From NCBI RefSeq assembly GCF_018977255.1, contig NW_024704743.1:44084001-44148000 (forward strand): DNA of 64,000 nt, read 5' to 3'. The notes under the pieces are model-generated. The model was not told where the DNA came from and made no database searches. It saw only the letters and a list, made by a program, of their open reading frames with translations. Positions 35,657-49,534 of this stretch are shown piece by piece. The stretch is from Callorhinchus milii (taxonomy: Eukaryota). How positions within the stretch are numbered: the stretch's first letter is position 1; every line of letters begins with the position of its first letter. A program made the position numbers and the translations under genes.

Positions 35657-37530
35657 TTATATAGAATTGTATGTTGTACTTTTCCTTCCTGCCATGATGC
35701 AGTCATTCACTTATAAAATAGGCACTGATAGCTGCAGTTTATGATTAATTGTGTTTTCATGATTTATCAGCATTTGATTCAAAGCTACAGTTGTTAATTT
35801 TTCATCTGGAATTTTCATCTTCCTCAGCAGAATGCATCTTTCATTGATTCTGTTTCTTGCATAACTGTCAGCACATATTATTGCTGGGGGAGGGATTCCA
35901 AGGTGAATTGAATCTATATTATGTCACTATTACTGCCAAACATATTCTAGTTCTTTGCCATCAGCAGTCAGATTGTGTTCAATCTTGCCAGGGTATGGAA
36001 TGTGTGTTTTGTATTCCTGGGGACCGGGAGGTACTAATAGTACCGTTGGTTTTAGCCTTTTGTCAAAAAAGTAATCAGGAACTCTGGGTGAATATTTTGC
36101 TGCTGAGGCCTATTGTATAACTCAAGCAAACTTGGCACTGGTTGGGGATGGAACCTGGTTCTCCCTAGTCTGTATGCTTTCCAAAAAAAGGCACACATCT
36201 TCTTTCCCATTTTCTTCTCCTTACAGTTCCTGGACCACATGCCTGTATGGTTGAGAGGAAGTGGCAGGCAAACTGCTCCCAAGCCATTGACAATGGAACT
36301 CTTTGACAGTTACTGAGACATACCCAAAAGCAGCCTAAGACAGATATCCGATCAGAATTCCCTGCGCCACGTGAGGGAAGCTAGTGCTCAGTGCAGCAAG
36401 AGTCTGAACGTTTAACTCTCTGCTAAATGGTCTCTTATGTTTGTGCTCTAATACACAGAGCTATCACACTACAATACAAAGAACAATTATAATAATAATA
36501 ACCTGCATTTATATAGTACCTTTCACATTAAAAACAAATATCTCAAAGTTCTGAAATATATCAAATAGGCAAAACATGGTAATTAATCTGCACCAGCAAT
36601 GTCCATAAACAACAGAGAGATGAATAGAAAATTAATTTGAATATGGAGATAAATGTCAATGACAGAAGAAATATAAACTAGGATAACCGAAAGACTCTTT
36701 GCATCTTCAAAATAACAATAGAAGGGCTTTCCTTTTCACAACGTGGGCAGAATATCAGTAAATAACACAATGAATGACTGGGATGAGCATCTGGAAATAC
36801 AAAATCAAATCTGGAGATAAATAATAATATTTGATATGATGTAGAATATTGTTGTGTTATTATGTTTATTTCACTAAATATAGACCATTTCTGCAGTCAT
36901 CAGTTCTGGCATTTACTGCATGCTGTCTCACAACATTGTAAGTCCTTTCATTGGATGGTAGCTAGGCTAATCCATAGACACTGAAAGCTACCGCCAAAGG
37001 CTACAGAACACTTTACACATTTGTCATTTTACCAACCATACTCGAGCAGCATTTTATTCATTTGACTTATATAATCCAAATGAATTAAGAAGCTAAAAAC
37101 AGTATGCTGCCTTAATTGGACTAGTACATTGCCTATTATGCAACTGAGCCAGCACAGAGCAGGAAGAACCTAGGTCCAATCCTGAGATAGTACTGATCGC
37201 TGAGTTTTCTGATCTCAGCAGTGGGAGCCAATCTTATGCTTCACTAACAATGTTTTATAAAAATGGTTTCTGGAACATTTTGTAACACACTGCCATATTT
37301 ATATAATGTCAACTTTATGTAACGGCATATTCCTATACATCAAACTGTGCCATTGTTCAGCACTCCAAGACACTACCTTGCATGAAGGGCATTATATAGA
37401 TGTAAGTTGTTGTTATTGTATTTCTAAACAGAACATTAACTACTATGAAAATTATCTAACAAAAAATATTTAAAATAATGAGAATTGTAAATTATTTAAT
37501 TTATGAGAATTTCATCTCAAGATCTAATAA

Positions 37531-38745
37531 TAACAACAACAACTTGCACTTATATAATGCCTTCCACGGCGGGCGTCATCTCAGAGCGCTTAATAATGGT
37601 GGAGCCCAAGGCCAAGCCGAAAGGAGGTGACCATAGGCGTATTCAAAAAGGATGAAGGGGGCAAGGCGAAGGGGTTGAGGAAGGGAGTTCCAACGTGTTG
37701 GGGCATAAAGGCTGAAAGCACAGCCGCCGACAGTGGAGCGGAGGATTCAGGGGACACAGAGGAGGCTGGACCCAGTCGAGCTGAGGTAGCGGGTACTGCT
37801 GTAGGGCAAGAGGAGGTTAGAGAGATAGGGAGGTGTCAAGGAATGGAGGGATTTAAACACTAGAGTGAGGATCTTGAAGTCAATCTGGTCTGTGACAGGC
37901 AGTCAGTAGAGTTTGCTAAGGACTGGAGTAATCGGGGTACGAAGTTTGGTGCCGGTGAGAATGCGGGCGGCAGAGTTTTGAATGAGCTCAATTTTGTGAA
38001 TAGTGGAGGAGGGAAGACCGGCGAGGAGGGCATTAGAGTAGTCTTCAGCCGAGAGGTGACAAAGGCATTGATAAGGGTTTCAGCAGCTTTTGGGATGAGG
38101 TATTGTCAGAGACGGGCAATGTGGCGGAGGTGGAAGAAAGCAGTGCTGATCAGGGACCAGATGTGGGGGAGGAAGGATAACTGGGGATCGAACCTGACAC
38201 CTAAGTTGTGCACAGATTCAGAGAGTTTTAAGGACAGATTGGATAGATTGAGGAGGTTGGAACCATGGGACAGAAGACGTCGACAGAAGCCAAAGAGTTT
38301 GGCTTCGGTCTTGTTAACATTTTACTGCAGGAAATTTGTGCTCATCCAGCTCTTAATGTCCAACAGACAAGCTGATAGAACATCAGGTGACTGGGGGGCG
38401 CAGCTGGAGGTGGAAAAGTAGAGTTGAGTGTCATCCGCATACATGTGGAACTTACATGAGGATGACATCACCGAGAGGGAGCATATAGATGAGGATGAGA
38501 AGGGGGCCAAGGATGGATCCTTGGGGTACCCCGCAGATGACCGGGTGGAAGTGCGAAGAAAAGCCATTTGCAGGAATCTAGTGCTGGCGGTTTGTAAGGT
38601 AGGACTCGAACCAAGTGAGTGCAGTCCCACTGAGGTGGATGATAGAGGACAGGTGGTGGAGGAGGATGGCATGATCGACTGTGTCAAACACGTCAGAGAG
38701 GTCTAGGAGGACAAGGAGGCAGAGGGAGCCCTGGTCACAGATAGA
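37531..38745 (-). mobile_element. L2 LINE 3' 1.2 kb with RT core
   Basis: LLVLLDLSDVFDTVDHAILL, GVPQGSILGP and HMYADDTQLYF, with frameshifts and a (TTG)n tail. Confidence 0.95.
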
Positions 38746-39789
38746 GAGAATACCATTGTTACTAATAGGAAATATAAGATTATTGTGCACATTCAAACAC
38801 TGCTGAAATTTCATCTGGAAAATGGAATTAGAAAGAAAAAAGGAGAAAAGACTGAAAAGTAATCAAAGTAGCTATTGCACAGATCAAATGTGCTGAAGAG
38901 CCTCTTTCTGTGCCAAAAAGATGTTTCTATGGGAAGAAATTTGCAGTATTTTTTAACCAATGTGATAATTAGCACATTAAATCTATTATGAAAAGTTGCA
39001 AACTTCACCTGAATGTTCATTCAGATAATGAATCGATCACGTCAACATGATCAAGCTGTAGGAACTCATTAATTTGTATAAATTGACCAAAAAATAAGTC
39101 ACTTTTAATATAAAGCATGGTTTCTGATTTACATCCTGGATTTAATTTTTTTTCAGTTTTCTTCAGTTTTCCAAATAATTTGTTGCTGAAAGCAAGGCCA
39201 CACTCCCTAACCCCCTAGTGTGGGAATACAATCTTGTGTCATGACCAGTTTTAGAAGCTTCCTTGAGGGGTCGTGCATTCTGGCATAATTTCATTGCTGG
39301 AGGGAAGCTCAGTGGGAGGCATGCAGAACGAACAGCTTGAGTACAAGTTGCTGAAGCGTCTTGTACAGCAGTATTTAGATACAGCACAAGAGGCTTGGCA
39401 TTCTGCCGTGTGTAGCCAGGGTAACAGGCAAAAGAAGCACAATGGATCTGTCACAGCATCAAACCAGGTGTGAGTAGGCAGGGACCATCTACTTTATTGT
39501 TATATCCCGTGTCTATTAGGACACAAACCTTGCCTGTGTTTGTGTATATCAAAAACAGCACCTCTGACCTTGCCAAATGTCCTCTCGTGAGTTGCTATGA
39601 AATTATTGCTCAAAAGAATCACTACACTCAGCTCCCTGATGCAGAGCCCAAATCCAGTGAAAATTATGGGGAACTACATGAACAATGCTGAACATTCCTC
39701 ACCTTAGTCTTCAACTATCTCAACTGTTCTGATATTAAAGAAGAAATACTCTCAAGCATTGAAGTAGAGACAGGGGTCTCATTGTAAGA

Positions 39790-40125
39790 AAGAAAAAGAC
39801 TTGCATTTTTAATGTGCTTTATCATATCAAAACATCTGAAGCACATTACAGTCAATAATGTTTTGTGTAGTGACTTTTTTTTTGGCAAACCCAGCAACTG
39901 TTTTGCACATAGCAATAACCTCAAAACAGCCAAGAGGTGAATGAATGATTATCCTGGAGAATTGCTGACCAGAACCCTGGGAGAAACTCTTGTCTCTTTA
40001 ACGTTTCAACTGAGAGTAGGCAGTTAGATCGTCAGGTTAATGAAAAAGGGCACATTTGAATAACAGCACCTCTGACAATACAGAATTCCTACTCCATTGG
40101 AGTGCAAATCCTGATTAGAGCTTGA
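39790..40125 (-). mobile_element. Highly diverged old DeuSINE
   Basis: gacttgcattt tail and the ctgggagaaactc and cagcacctctgacaa motifs. Confidence 0.55.
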
Positions 40126-41761
40126 AGCCATACTTTATATCTGGGGCATATCAATTTGTTACAATCATAAAGTTCTTTGACAAAAGGGAAAAGTGTGCAG
40201 CGTTAGACACTTTCCCTTTTGCGTGAAGAACATTAACGTTAAACTATGATCCTCGAGCCTAAGAACTGGTTTCTTCTTGAACATGAGTTCATGACCACAA
40301 TTTGTGTTTAATGTTCATTTCAAACAAGGTTTGCCTTATTCAACTGCGATATTACTGCCAATGTGCTCTTCATCCTAAGAATGGATTTAGTTACTGTAAT
40401 TATCCTAGTCATTCTGTACATAAATAATGAATTACATCTATTGAATATACTTTGATATATCTATTAAATATTTACAACAATAACTTGCATTTGTATATCA
40501 GCCTTGACATAGGACAATGTCTCAAAGTGCTTCACAATGACAGTGTTGGATGCCAAGCAAGGGAGAAGAGAGAAGGGAAGGGGGAAGATAACAATAGATG
40601 CTGTCAAAAAAATAGACTTTTAGGTGGGATTTAAAGACAGATAGTGAGGGGTGAGATGAAGAGTGAGAGGAAGGGAGATGCAGAGTAGCTGAAGGCTCAA
40701 GTGGCCAAGAAAAGATGGCATGTAGAGGTGGCAGGAGATGTGAGTTAGCTGAGTGCAGGGGGATAGTTTGACAAATAGTTACATGTTATATAATTAACAG
40801 TGACGTAACTTGATTTAATTTTCATGACGTTAACCTTAAACCTTACCTGGATAATCCAGAATGACAATAGCTAATGATAGCAACTCCATTAGGATTGTTC
40901 CCCATTAGCATTGTCATCTCTGTGTCACTAGATGAACCTGATTTGTTTTCCCCCATGGGGATTATATATTCACATGAAAAGGATCTGGCACCAGTCAAAA
41001 CTGAGGGCCAACCTCTTGGTTCTTCCTTCCATTGATTGCAGTGTTTACAGCAGTTTTTCACGGATCATTTAACCCAGCAGGTAGAATTGATTTTATTTGA
41101 CATTTCATCCCAGGCCTGCTTCCTCTTCATTGAGCTGAGATTATCTTTGCTGCTTCCAAGCATTATTCTTTAGATGTTTTAAATCACCTCTGCAACTTTG
41201 AATTACTCTTTTGGTGATTTTTATCCTTCTTGCTTTTCTTTTCTGTCAACTCTGCAAATGTTTGTGGTGAAGAAAGCAGTGCCCCACATTTGTTACGACA
41301 TTCGCTCTATTAAGTTTGAAACACTGAAATTACATTCCAGGTCCTGATTGATGGGTGCCTTACTGCTTCAGTACAGTTGCACTGAAAACTGGACTAAAAT
41401 AGTGAACTTGTGCCCTGGCTCATGTCAGACACAAAAGCATCAGTGTATAATAAATACTAACTCTCACAGTGTTTTGCACTGAAGAACTAGTATTTAACAA
41501 GTATTAATAAGACTCTTACTTGACGTGCAGCACCAAGTCAATTTCCGTGAATAGGTAAGAATTTCCCATCACTGGACCATTAATCCTCACTAATGCAGAT
41601 GTAGAAGGCAAGAGAGGGGGTGTAGTTCTTTGAATTAAATATGCAACAGAACTGAAGTCTTTGCTATGAAACCTTTGACAGAAATTATATATTTTTTAGA
41701 TATACATCTTAGGAACTGCTTTAGATTCAGAGAATATACCCTTCTGCAGACAATGCAATAG

Positions 41762-42041
41762 TGAGAGACCTGAGTTCAATTCCAGGCAGGGCGAAACCTT
41801 GGGCAAGTTTCCTTACTCCACACGCCTAATAATAATCCCTCCAAAAAAAAACAATAATTAAATTGGTCATTTTCAATCTACGACTGTTTGTGGGACATTG
41901 CTGTGCGCAATTGGCTGCCTCGTTCGCCCACAAATATACAGTCAATTCACTTTACAGTGTGTTCTGTGAAGCGCTTTGGGACGTCCTCCCGACGTGAAAA
42001 GCGCTATATCAAATGCAAGGATTATTATTATTATTATTATT
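41762..42041 (+). mobile_element. Young tRNA-Ala DeuSINE lacking the A box
   Basis: Near identical to 31053-31344. Confidence 0.95.
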
Positions 42042-42309
42042 TCATGACGGTAAATCAATCCCTGTCCAAATATTGCACATACTATATAAGTGTGGCAAGA
42101 TCTGAGACTCAAACCAGGAAAGGCATGGCCTCTCTTCCATATTAAATATTTGGTCTGAGGAGGAGGGTGAGTATCTCCAAATTCCTTTCATTATATTCCC
42201 TTTACAACCAGATTTTTACTATATTGGTCTTGCATGGCTTGTTTGCAGCTATTGTAAATCTTACATGTTGCTTGTGCTGCAAACATACTATTTCTAATGA
42301 AGAATGAAT

Positions 42310-42705
42310 AACAATAAAAATCCTGGCATTTGACATAGTGCCTCATCACATCATTGAATATCTCAAATAGTTTCACAGGATTTACCATACGTGTAGTGAC
42401 TTTATTTGTAGCAAATGTGGCAGCTAATTTACTCACAGCAATGCACCACAATCAGAAAGTGAATGACCAATTTTATCTGGGAGAGGGGGAAGGTTGTTGG
42501 TTAGCTACTAGGAGAGCTTTCCTTCACTTTTCGAATAGTGCCATGGGATCTTTAATGTCCACCTGAACAGACAGACTGTTCCTCAGTTTAACCTCTCATC
42601 CAAAGGAGGGCACCTCTGGCATACTCTGGCAGTGCACTGGAGTATCAGCCGAGACTCTACAAGCACCTACAAGTTCTGATGTGGGCATTGAACCCACAAC
42701 CTTTC
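42310..42705 (-). mobile_element. Old Deu-domain SINE
   Basis: cgaatagtgccatgggatctttaatgtccacctgaacag...tcatccaaagga. Confidence 0.75.
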
Positions 42706-42714
42706 AATCTTTTG

Positions 42715-43050
42715 TTTTGTCCGCCAGGTGTCTAATACACACAGAAAACCATCACTGTGCTTAGAGTATTAAGAGCAGACTGAGAGTTCTACATATATAA
42801 ACCTCCTATACTTGAAAATGTCTGTGTGTCTGGAATGAAACATGTACTCTCTACTGGAGGGATGCACCCTGCTTACCTAATTCTGGAGAATATTAAATGC
42901 AGATTAGCTAGAGCCAAGAATACCAGAGTGTGTGTTGGGGATACTGCTGGAATTTAATCAGCCTAAAACTCCATAGCTTGACATTGAAAGTACTGACTGG
43001 CAGACTTTTTGCAGCTTGTTCATTTAGGGTTTGGGCTATAGGATTAATAG
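42715..43050 (+). pseudogene. Unidentified coding fossil, copy 5
   Basis: FVRQVSNTHRKPS..LRVLRAD*EFYIY...MHPAYLILENIKCRLARAK..LGILLEFNQ.LKLHSLTLKVL, with frameshifts. Confidence 0.6.
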
Positions 43051-44542
43051 GAATGGAGTGGGGAGAATCACTGCCATCTGCAGTGCCCTGGAATATTGCA
43101 GGCCTACCTTGCACAGGACCCGACTACTGAGACTGGGTGAGATGAATACCTGGATTTGACTTTCCATTGCCAAGCATGTCATCTTGGAGCCAGCACCCGT
43201 TTTTCTTTAATTATAGTTTACTTGCTATCCAAAATTTACAATGAGCTTAATTTAGCTTCACTTATGACATGAGCCAAACAAAATCTTCCAAACGCTTAAT
43301 TTAAATCATCAATATAACTTTCTTCTATAATTTACAATATCGAGGTGAAATTGCTACATAACAGATAAAAAAAATTGCCCATAAAATACATTCATTACAC
43401 TTGATAGTATATCCTGTGAAGTGCTTTGAGATGTCTTGACTACATGATAGTGTGCTGCCCGCCTGAAAACTTTCCTCTTCGACCATGCTAACGGCCACCT
43501 CCACCCTGCCCCCGGCTCAGTGTCAGGCTCCGCCACTGTTAAGCGCTCTTAGACGCTACCCTGCTTGGAGGGCACTATATAAGTGCAAGTGGTTGTTGTT
43601 GTGCTATATCAAATGTAAGGATTATAAAAATGAGCCTTTAAGTGGTTACAGTGCAAGTTAGTGCTATGCACTTTTAACTATTCTGGAGAGAGTTAAGTCA
43701 GTATCGGAACTCTTATGTTTGCAGAGGTACACCTCGGACTTTCCCATTCAGTTGTTATCTTTATCACAGATTGTTTAAGGCTATTTGTTTTACAAGTCTA
43801 ACCATTTGTCTAAAATGGATTATTAATCAGGCCAAAAGTTTCAATATGTGTTTGCATACATTTGATTCATGTTCCTCTCACAAAGCAATTACATTGAAAG
43901 TCTTGTTCTGAAACTTGAGCATAGAATAATGTTCAAGTCTAAACAAGAGTGATGTGATCTTCCTGGTTATTGGGAATAATGTCCCCTGGCAATGCTTGAG
44001 GCAACATATTCAATTCATTCCTAGTGAGACACAGGATCTCTTCCAGGCATAACTTAAAAGGATCGTGGACAGTGTAGATACCACAGTTGGCATGCAGAGA
44101 TATTAAGTGACCTGTGACACAGATTTTGTATCCCAATCTCACTGGTACTGACTCATTCAAAAGCAAAGCACCAGAACGTGTTCCTTCATGCTTCCCTGGT
44201 TGCTGAGAAGCCTTTTGCAAGAGTTGTCATTGAATGACTTTCAGCACAGAACTGGTTTACAATTCAGCTCTTTCTTCCAGCAGAGTGAAACAGTTTATTG
44301 CGTAGGTTAATTGCTAGGAGCCCCCAACTTGTATGATTTATCCATAGTTTTATGCAAATAGCACTGGCTACCCGCCATGTAGGTTTTAACACAGTAGCTG
44401 AGTGAGTTGGCAAAATGAATTGAAAATCAGTGTCTGTATTGAGGAAATTAAATCAACACTTTTGCAAAATGCAAGCAAACTCTCTACAAGAAGCAGGGGA
44501 CAAAGAGCTATTTTTGAAACTGGACCATTAAACATGCACTTA

Positions 44543-44825
44543 GCTTTCCTGATGGCTTAGTGTGTTAAGGCACTGCCCGGTACAGCAATATGACATAAGG
44601 CAAGAAGGGCGCAGGTTGATTATGTGGGTGTGCTCAGTTAGCTGATCTCAGCCAGAAGCTGTTGTACTCTACAACTAATGTCAGCATCTCTAGGGTAGGA
44701 GAAAATCAGCCAAGGTTCTCATCCCTGATAGTTAACCAGTGACCTTCAACTGGAAAGGGTGCTTGTGTAAACATATGAGGCCAGCATTGGGCTCAGCTGG
44801 GACATGCTGCATAGGTGAATAAGCT
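44543..44825 (+). mobile_element. Ancient SINE-like repeat, unnamed; probable fragments also near 17080-17210 (-), 37135-37230 and 48028-48077
   Basis: A-box-like tggcttagtgtgttaag; gtgctcagttagctgatctcagc is shared with about 37200. Confidence 0.45.
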
Positions 44826-46004
44826 ACCATTGCTACCATTGACAGTAGTGTTCACTGACAAATACACAGTCACTCTGTTTTACAGTATATCCTGCAAAGC
44901 ACTTTGAGATGCGCTCCTAATGATCCTGTCAAAGCTTTCAAATGTTTCCATGCACTAGCCCAATGCTGCTATGTGATCTCCTGTGGTCCTACTGGTCCAT
45001 CCACTTCTTCACTCGTCTACTTCAAGCTGGCTCCATTTGCCCAACTATCAAGGAATGAGCTTTCAGCCACTTTGCTTCCACTCTCTGAAACTCCTTCCCT
45101 AAATACCTTAAGCTTTCACCCTTCTTTCAAAACATTTCACACTCCCACTCAGTCACTATGAAGCACTTTGAGCCATTTACCTCGGTGAAATATGTATTTG
45201 TCATTGCCAGATTAAATAATGGATCAGTTGGGTGAATTATCAGAGGGCAATCGGTGCCTCTGAGACGTATCCCAATTGAAAAAAATAAAGGAAGTATCTT
45301 CAAGAGAGGATAATGGGATGGGGGATGGGGTGCGCGGGGAGATGCGGCAAAAAAATCAGGTGCATAAAAAATCTAGGCATTTTCTATCTCTTGTAATGTT
45401 AAAATAATGTTAACTATATTCCTCATTCCTGAAGCTGCCCAAACATTGAAGGAATGTATCTATCCAGCCAGTTTTGTCCCCTTAACTTGTACTTAATTGT
45501 CTGTGAGTCCCATGTCTTACAATTGGATGTTAAGTTCACCATGCAGCAGAAAAAAAACTCTTCAGCAGGGCATGCTGATTGTCTCAATGCAGGCATCTCA
45601 ATATATTGCTGGTGCTGGCTACTGTAAATACATATGATGGTTTGACTAGCATTTTCTACAGTGTAGTATGCTGTGTGTGGCAAAGTCACCTGCAGAGAGC
45701 GGGAAGTTATATATTATTAGGGGGTCACATCACATTTGTGATCTCATCAGCTCATTCATTTATTTAATGATTAGCAGACACAGTGTAAAATGAGGAGTGG
45801 CATCTGCATTCATGCAGTTAACTTTCAAATTGCTTTATCAGAAAGATTGCGACAAGAAATATGCAATGGGCATATTCTTGGCGTCTGTGATAGAGATTCC
45901 AGGTCTGCGTCTTCGACTCTGAAGTGTTCAGATAAATTATTCAACTACGCTCATCTCTTTTTCTGTTACCCCCTGCATTGTTGACCTATACTGTCGATTA
46001 AAAA

Positions 46005-46720
46005 TAATCCTTATATTTGATATAGCACCTTATCACATTGGAAGGACATCTCAAAGCATTTCACAAGATTGATTGTGAAATAAACAACAACAGCAACAAC
46101 AACTTGCATTTATATAGCACCCTTCACATGGGGTAGCATCCCGGAGCGTTTCAAAAATGACGGTGTATTTTCAAGGTGAACCCTGTAGCCCAATTGCAAA
46201 CAGCAATGTCCCACAAACAGCCATGAAATGAATGAGTAATTTTATTTGGGGGATTGTTAGCCAGGATACTGGGAGAAACTCCCTTCTCTTTTTCGCATAG
46301 TGCCATGGGATCTTTAATGACCTTCTGAACAGGCAGACAGGACCTTGGTTTAATATCTCATCTGAAGGCCTATTAATGTCAAATATTTGGGTTTTCTTGC
46401 ACATCACTTGAATCATTTCATCATTTTCGCCCACAAAATATATAGTCAATTCACTTTACAGCATATTCTATGTAGTGCTTTGAGATGTCTTGAAGATGTG
46501 ATAAAGCACTATATCAAAAATATTATTATTATTACTATGTGCATTTATTAGAAGAGTTTAACAAAATGCTAAGTAGACATCTACTCTAGGACCTTGTCTT
46601 CCTATGTACATTTTGGGGATTTATTCCAAAGCTCAATGTTCGTTTACAATATATTCTATGAAGCGCTTTGAGATGTCTCAATGACTTGATAAGGTGCTAC
46701 ATCAAATGCAAGGATTATAT
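46005..46720. mobile_element. Cluster: old DeuSINE (-) split by an L2 tail (46083-46152), followed by two plus-strand SINE tails
   Basis: Tail, Deu core and body motifs, with a nested (CAA)n L2 end. Confidence 0.7.
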
Positions 46721-47839
46721 AATGTTATAAGCCTCTTGACCATGTTGAGCCCAGCTCCACTCCTGAGAGTCTGGCCTTGCTTCTCTGTTCAGTGATGAAT
46801 TATTTTCCAATGAAAATCAGGAGTGTTAAAACCCCACAGTGATTTATAGGGATCAACTGCCTCGTTACCTGTTTGTTTAGGCGCAAAAATTTGATTATTG
46901 CTGCTCTGTGATAATTGGGTGACTTAATTTACTGTTAAAAGATTCCTATAGTGCCTATTTACCAAGTAACCTAAGAGCAATTTATTGCTGATTTGGATTT
47001 GAAGGTGATGCGATGCACTACTAATACAGACCGTTCTTCTCTCTCTGCAGATGGCAATAATTTAACATGTTGTACTTCGAAATATGCAGCATTAATAGAA
47101 TGGGGCTAACGGCCTGTACTTATGTGTACATTCAACCATGCAAGTGCCTCAATTTCCAGCAGTTTGAAAATACATTCTTGGTAATTTATTTTAAAAATAA
47201 AAGAAACATTTAAAAATGATTGCAGTAAAAACATAAGCCAATCATGATGAAAAATGATCTCTCAATGCTGGTGCCAAACAAAAATTTTGTGCATCTCTTC
47301 ACCTGACACCCTTGCCCTCAGCCAGTGTTCTTAAAGTCTGCTGCAGGGGTCAAATCTAAGTGTTGGCTTCTGCAGCTTTCCATTTGAGCAAGCACATTTT
47401 TCCCTGATGTTTTATCAAGTGCTATATGAGTTGTTTCTCCTGCTGACACTGCTACTTGGCCTGCAGCTCATTCAGCTCCTGCAGGATGCGTTCTCCATAT
47501 GAGCAACATCCTGCCAATGGAGGCGGAGCTCTCCCAGGGAGGTATTAACAAGTTGAAAGAGCCAACAGCTTCCCTCTGGGAATGACGAGATGATGGTCAG
47601 GATGCAGTAAAGTAGAAGGAAAAGCACCAATTAGTCCACCTGTCAAACATTTCTGAAAAACAAAGACTCATGTGCACACATTAGATACTGTGTTTCTATT
47701 GAAGAATTTCAGCAGCCATATGGGAGGTTTCCAAACTTATTAATTATCTGCTTCTGACTACCGTGAGATACACTCACGAGAGCAATTTATGCATTCTACT
47801 CTCTAGATTTTAATCAGATGAAACATTAAAACGTCTGCC

Positions 47840-48428
47840 TGTGCTGATGAATTGTGTCGATGTAAAAGATTCCAAGACATTGCTTAGAAGAGTAGGGAAT
47901 TATCCCTCTGTTCTAGCCAATTGTCCTGTTTCAGCCAAATTGACCACAAAAGAGCTTGAAAATTGGTCATTCCTCCTGACCACTCTTCATGGACTCCTGC
48001 TGAAAGTTCGCGAGAGGGCATTGGTTTGGACAGGATAGAGCTCAGCTGTGATGTGTCCCATAATTGACAGCCTGCCTTAGTTGGGAGCACTCGCGCCTCT
48101 AAATCAGAAAATTTTGGGTTCAATGCAGTGGCTGGGGGTCCACTGTAGAGATGCTGTCCTTCGGATGAGATGTTAAACCGAGGTCCCGACTGCCTGTGGA
48201 TGTCAAAGATCCCATTGCACTATTTGTCCTGCCCAACAATCTCCAAAATAAACAAAACAGTCACTCACTTCATGCTTATTAGTGAGCCATTACTGTGCAC
48301 AAATAGGCTGCCACATTTGCCTACATATACACAGCCATTACACTTCACAGTAAACCCCTGCAAAGCGCTTTGAAATATCTCAATGGTGTGATAATGCACT
48401 ATATCAAATGCAAGGCTTACTGTTATTA
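47840..48428 (+). mobile_element. Old DeuSINE fragments, including a near-complete copy at about 48073-48428
   Basis: tcggatgagatgttaaaccgaggtcccgactgcc, Deu core and tail. Confidence 0.7.
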
Positions 48429-49059
48429 TGGCTAAATAGACGTCTGACATGGACTGCCTGGAATCGAAAAACGGAAGTTGAGCAAGGTAATAAATGGTGA
48501 CCGTGTCAAACAAAAATATTGTATCTTTGCACAAGAGAAGTGAAAAACCACAAGAATATGTTTTCATATGATGAGGATAGATGGTGATCACTCTCCTGTT
48601 GATAAAATTACCAACCTTTGGCACTGAGCAGGTGGGAAGGGATTTCCCAGTATAAGCAACCACCAGCACATGTTGGGAAATTTGCCAACAAATAGTTCCT
48701 CTTAATGTTAAAACAAGACTTGTGCTTAAAAAAATCAACTCACTATCAGACTGTTTCAAAATCAGTTGTTTACAAAACTTTTCGGAAGTTCCCAAATGTA
48801 ACATTACTGTGTTCATCAAACAATCATTTACACAATATTGGGATGTTACAGTTTTTTTTAAAAAAACACAATATTAAAGACAGTGGAATTGATAATTCAT
48901 TAAAGTGCCCATCCTTTATCAGATTTTGACATCTAGAAATATAACTGTTAAAATATGATTAGGTTTATATCACATCATAAAAAGTGCCATCCTGTGCATC
49001 TAATGATGTCTGCAGACAGAAAGTAGCCGTGCAACTTATCACTAAACAACAACAGCCTG

Positions 49060-49503
49060 TATCCTCTCCCATGCTAAATCTTGCACACCTATTGCTCATC
49101 CTTCCCAGTCTCCCAGCGGATCGACTTTAAAATTCTCATCCAGATCTTCAGATCACTTTGCCCCTTTCACGACCATCTCCCCCAGCCCTATTTTCCTGCC
49201 TGTGCTTTCTGCTCTTCCAACTCCGGTCTCTTGCTAGTTCATCACTCCCTCTGCTCCACTATCAATAGCCAAGCCTTCTGCTACTATCTGCTCTCTTGAA
49301 ATCTCTCCCCAAATCTTTGCGCATTGATCCCCAAAAAACAACTTCCAAAACCCTTTTAAAAATCTCTCTTTTTGATAGTGCCTTTCATCAACACCCTTTA
49401 AATTCTTCTGCCTTTTGCCTGCATGGTGCTACTTATCTCTGTGAAGCACTTTAAGATTTTCAGCCTATGTGAAAGTTACATAAATGCAAGTTGTTATTGT
49501 TGC
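49060..49503 (+). mobile_element. Degenerate L2 3' fragment
   Basis: FPVSQRIDFKILI and a terminal aaatgcaagttgttattgtt. Confidence 0.8.
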
Positions 49504-49534
49504 ACTGGTTAGATGACACAGAGGTATGCAGCTA

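Noticed and set aside
40861..40920. Possible SECIS element (ATGA in a stem)
   Set aside because: No GA/GA quartet geometry or apical AA motif.
9247..42041. Near-identical recurring sequences suggestive of a CRISPR-like array
   Set aside because: They are dispersed SINE copies in both orientations without regular spacers, in eukaryotic DNA.
48265..48819. 184-aa minus-strand ORF
   Set aside because: It runs into an antisense SINE and has no recognisable domain or splice structure.
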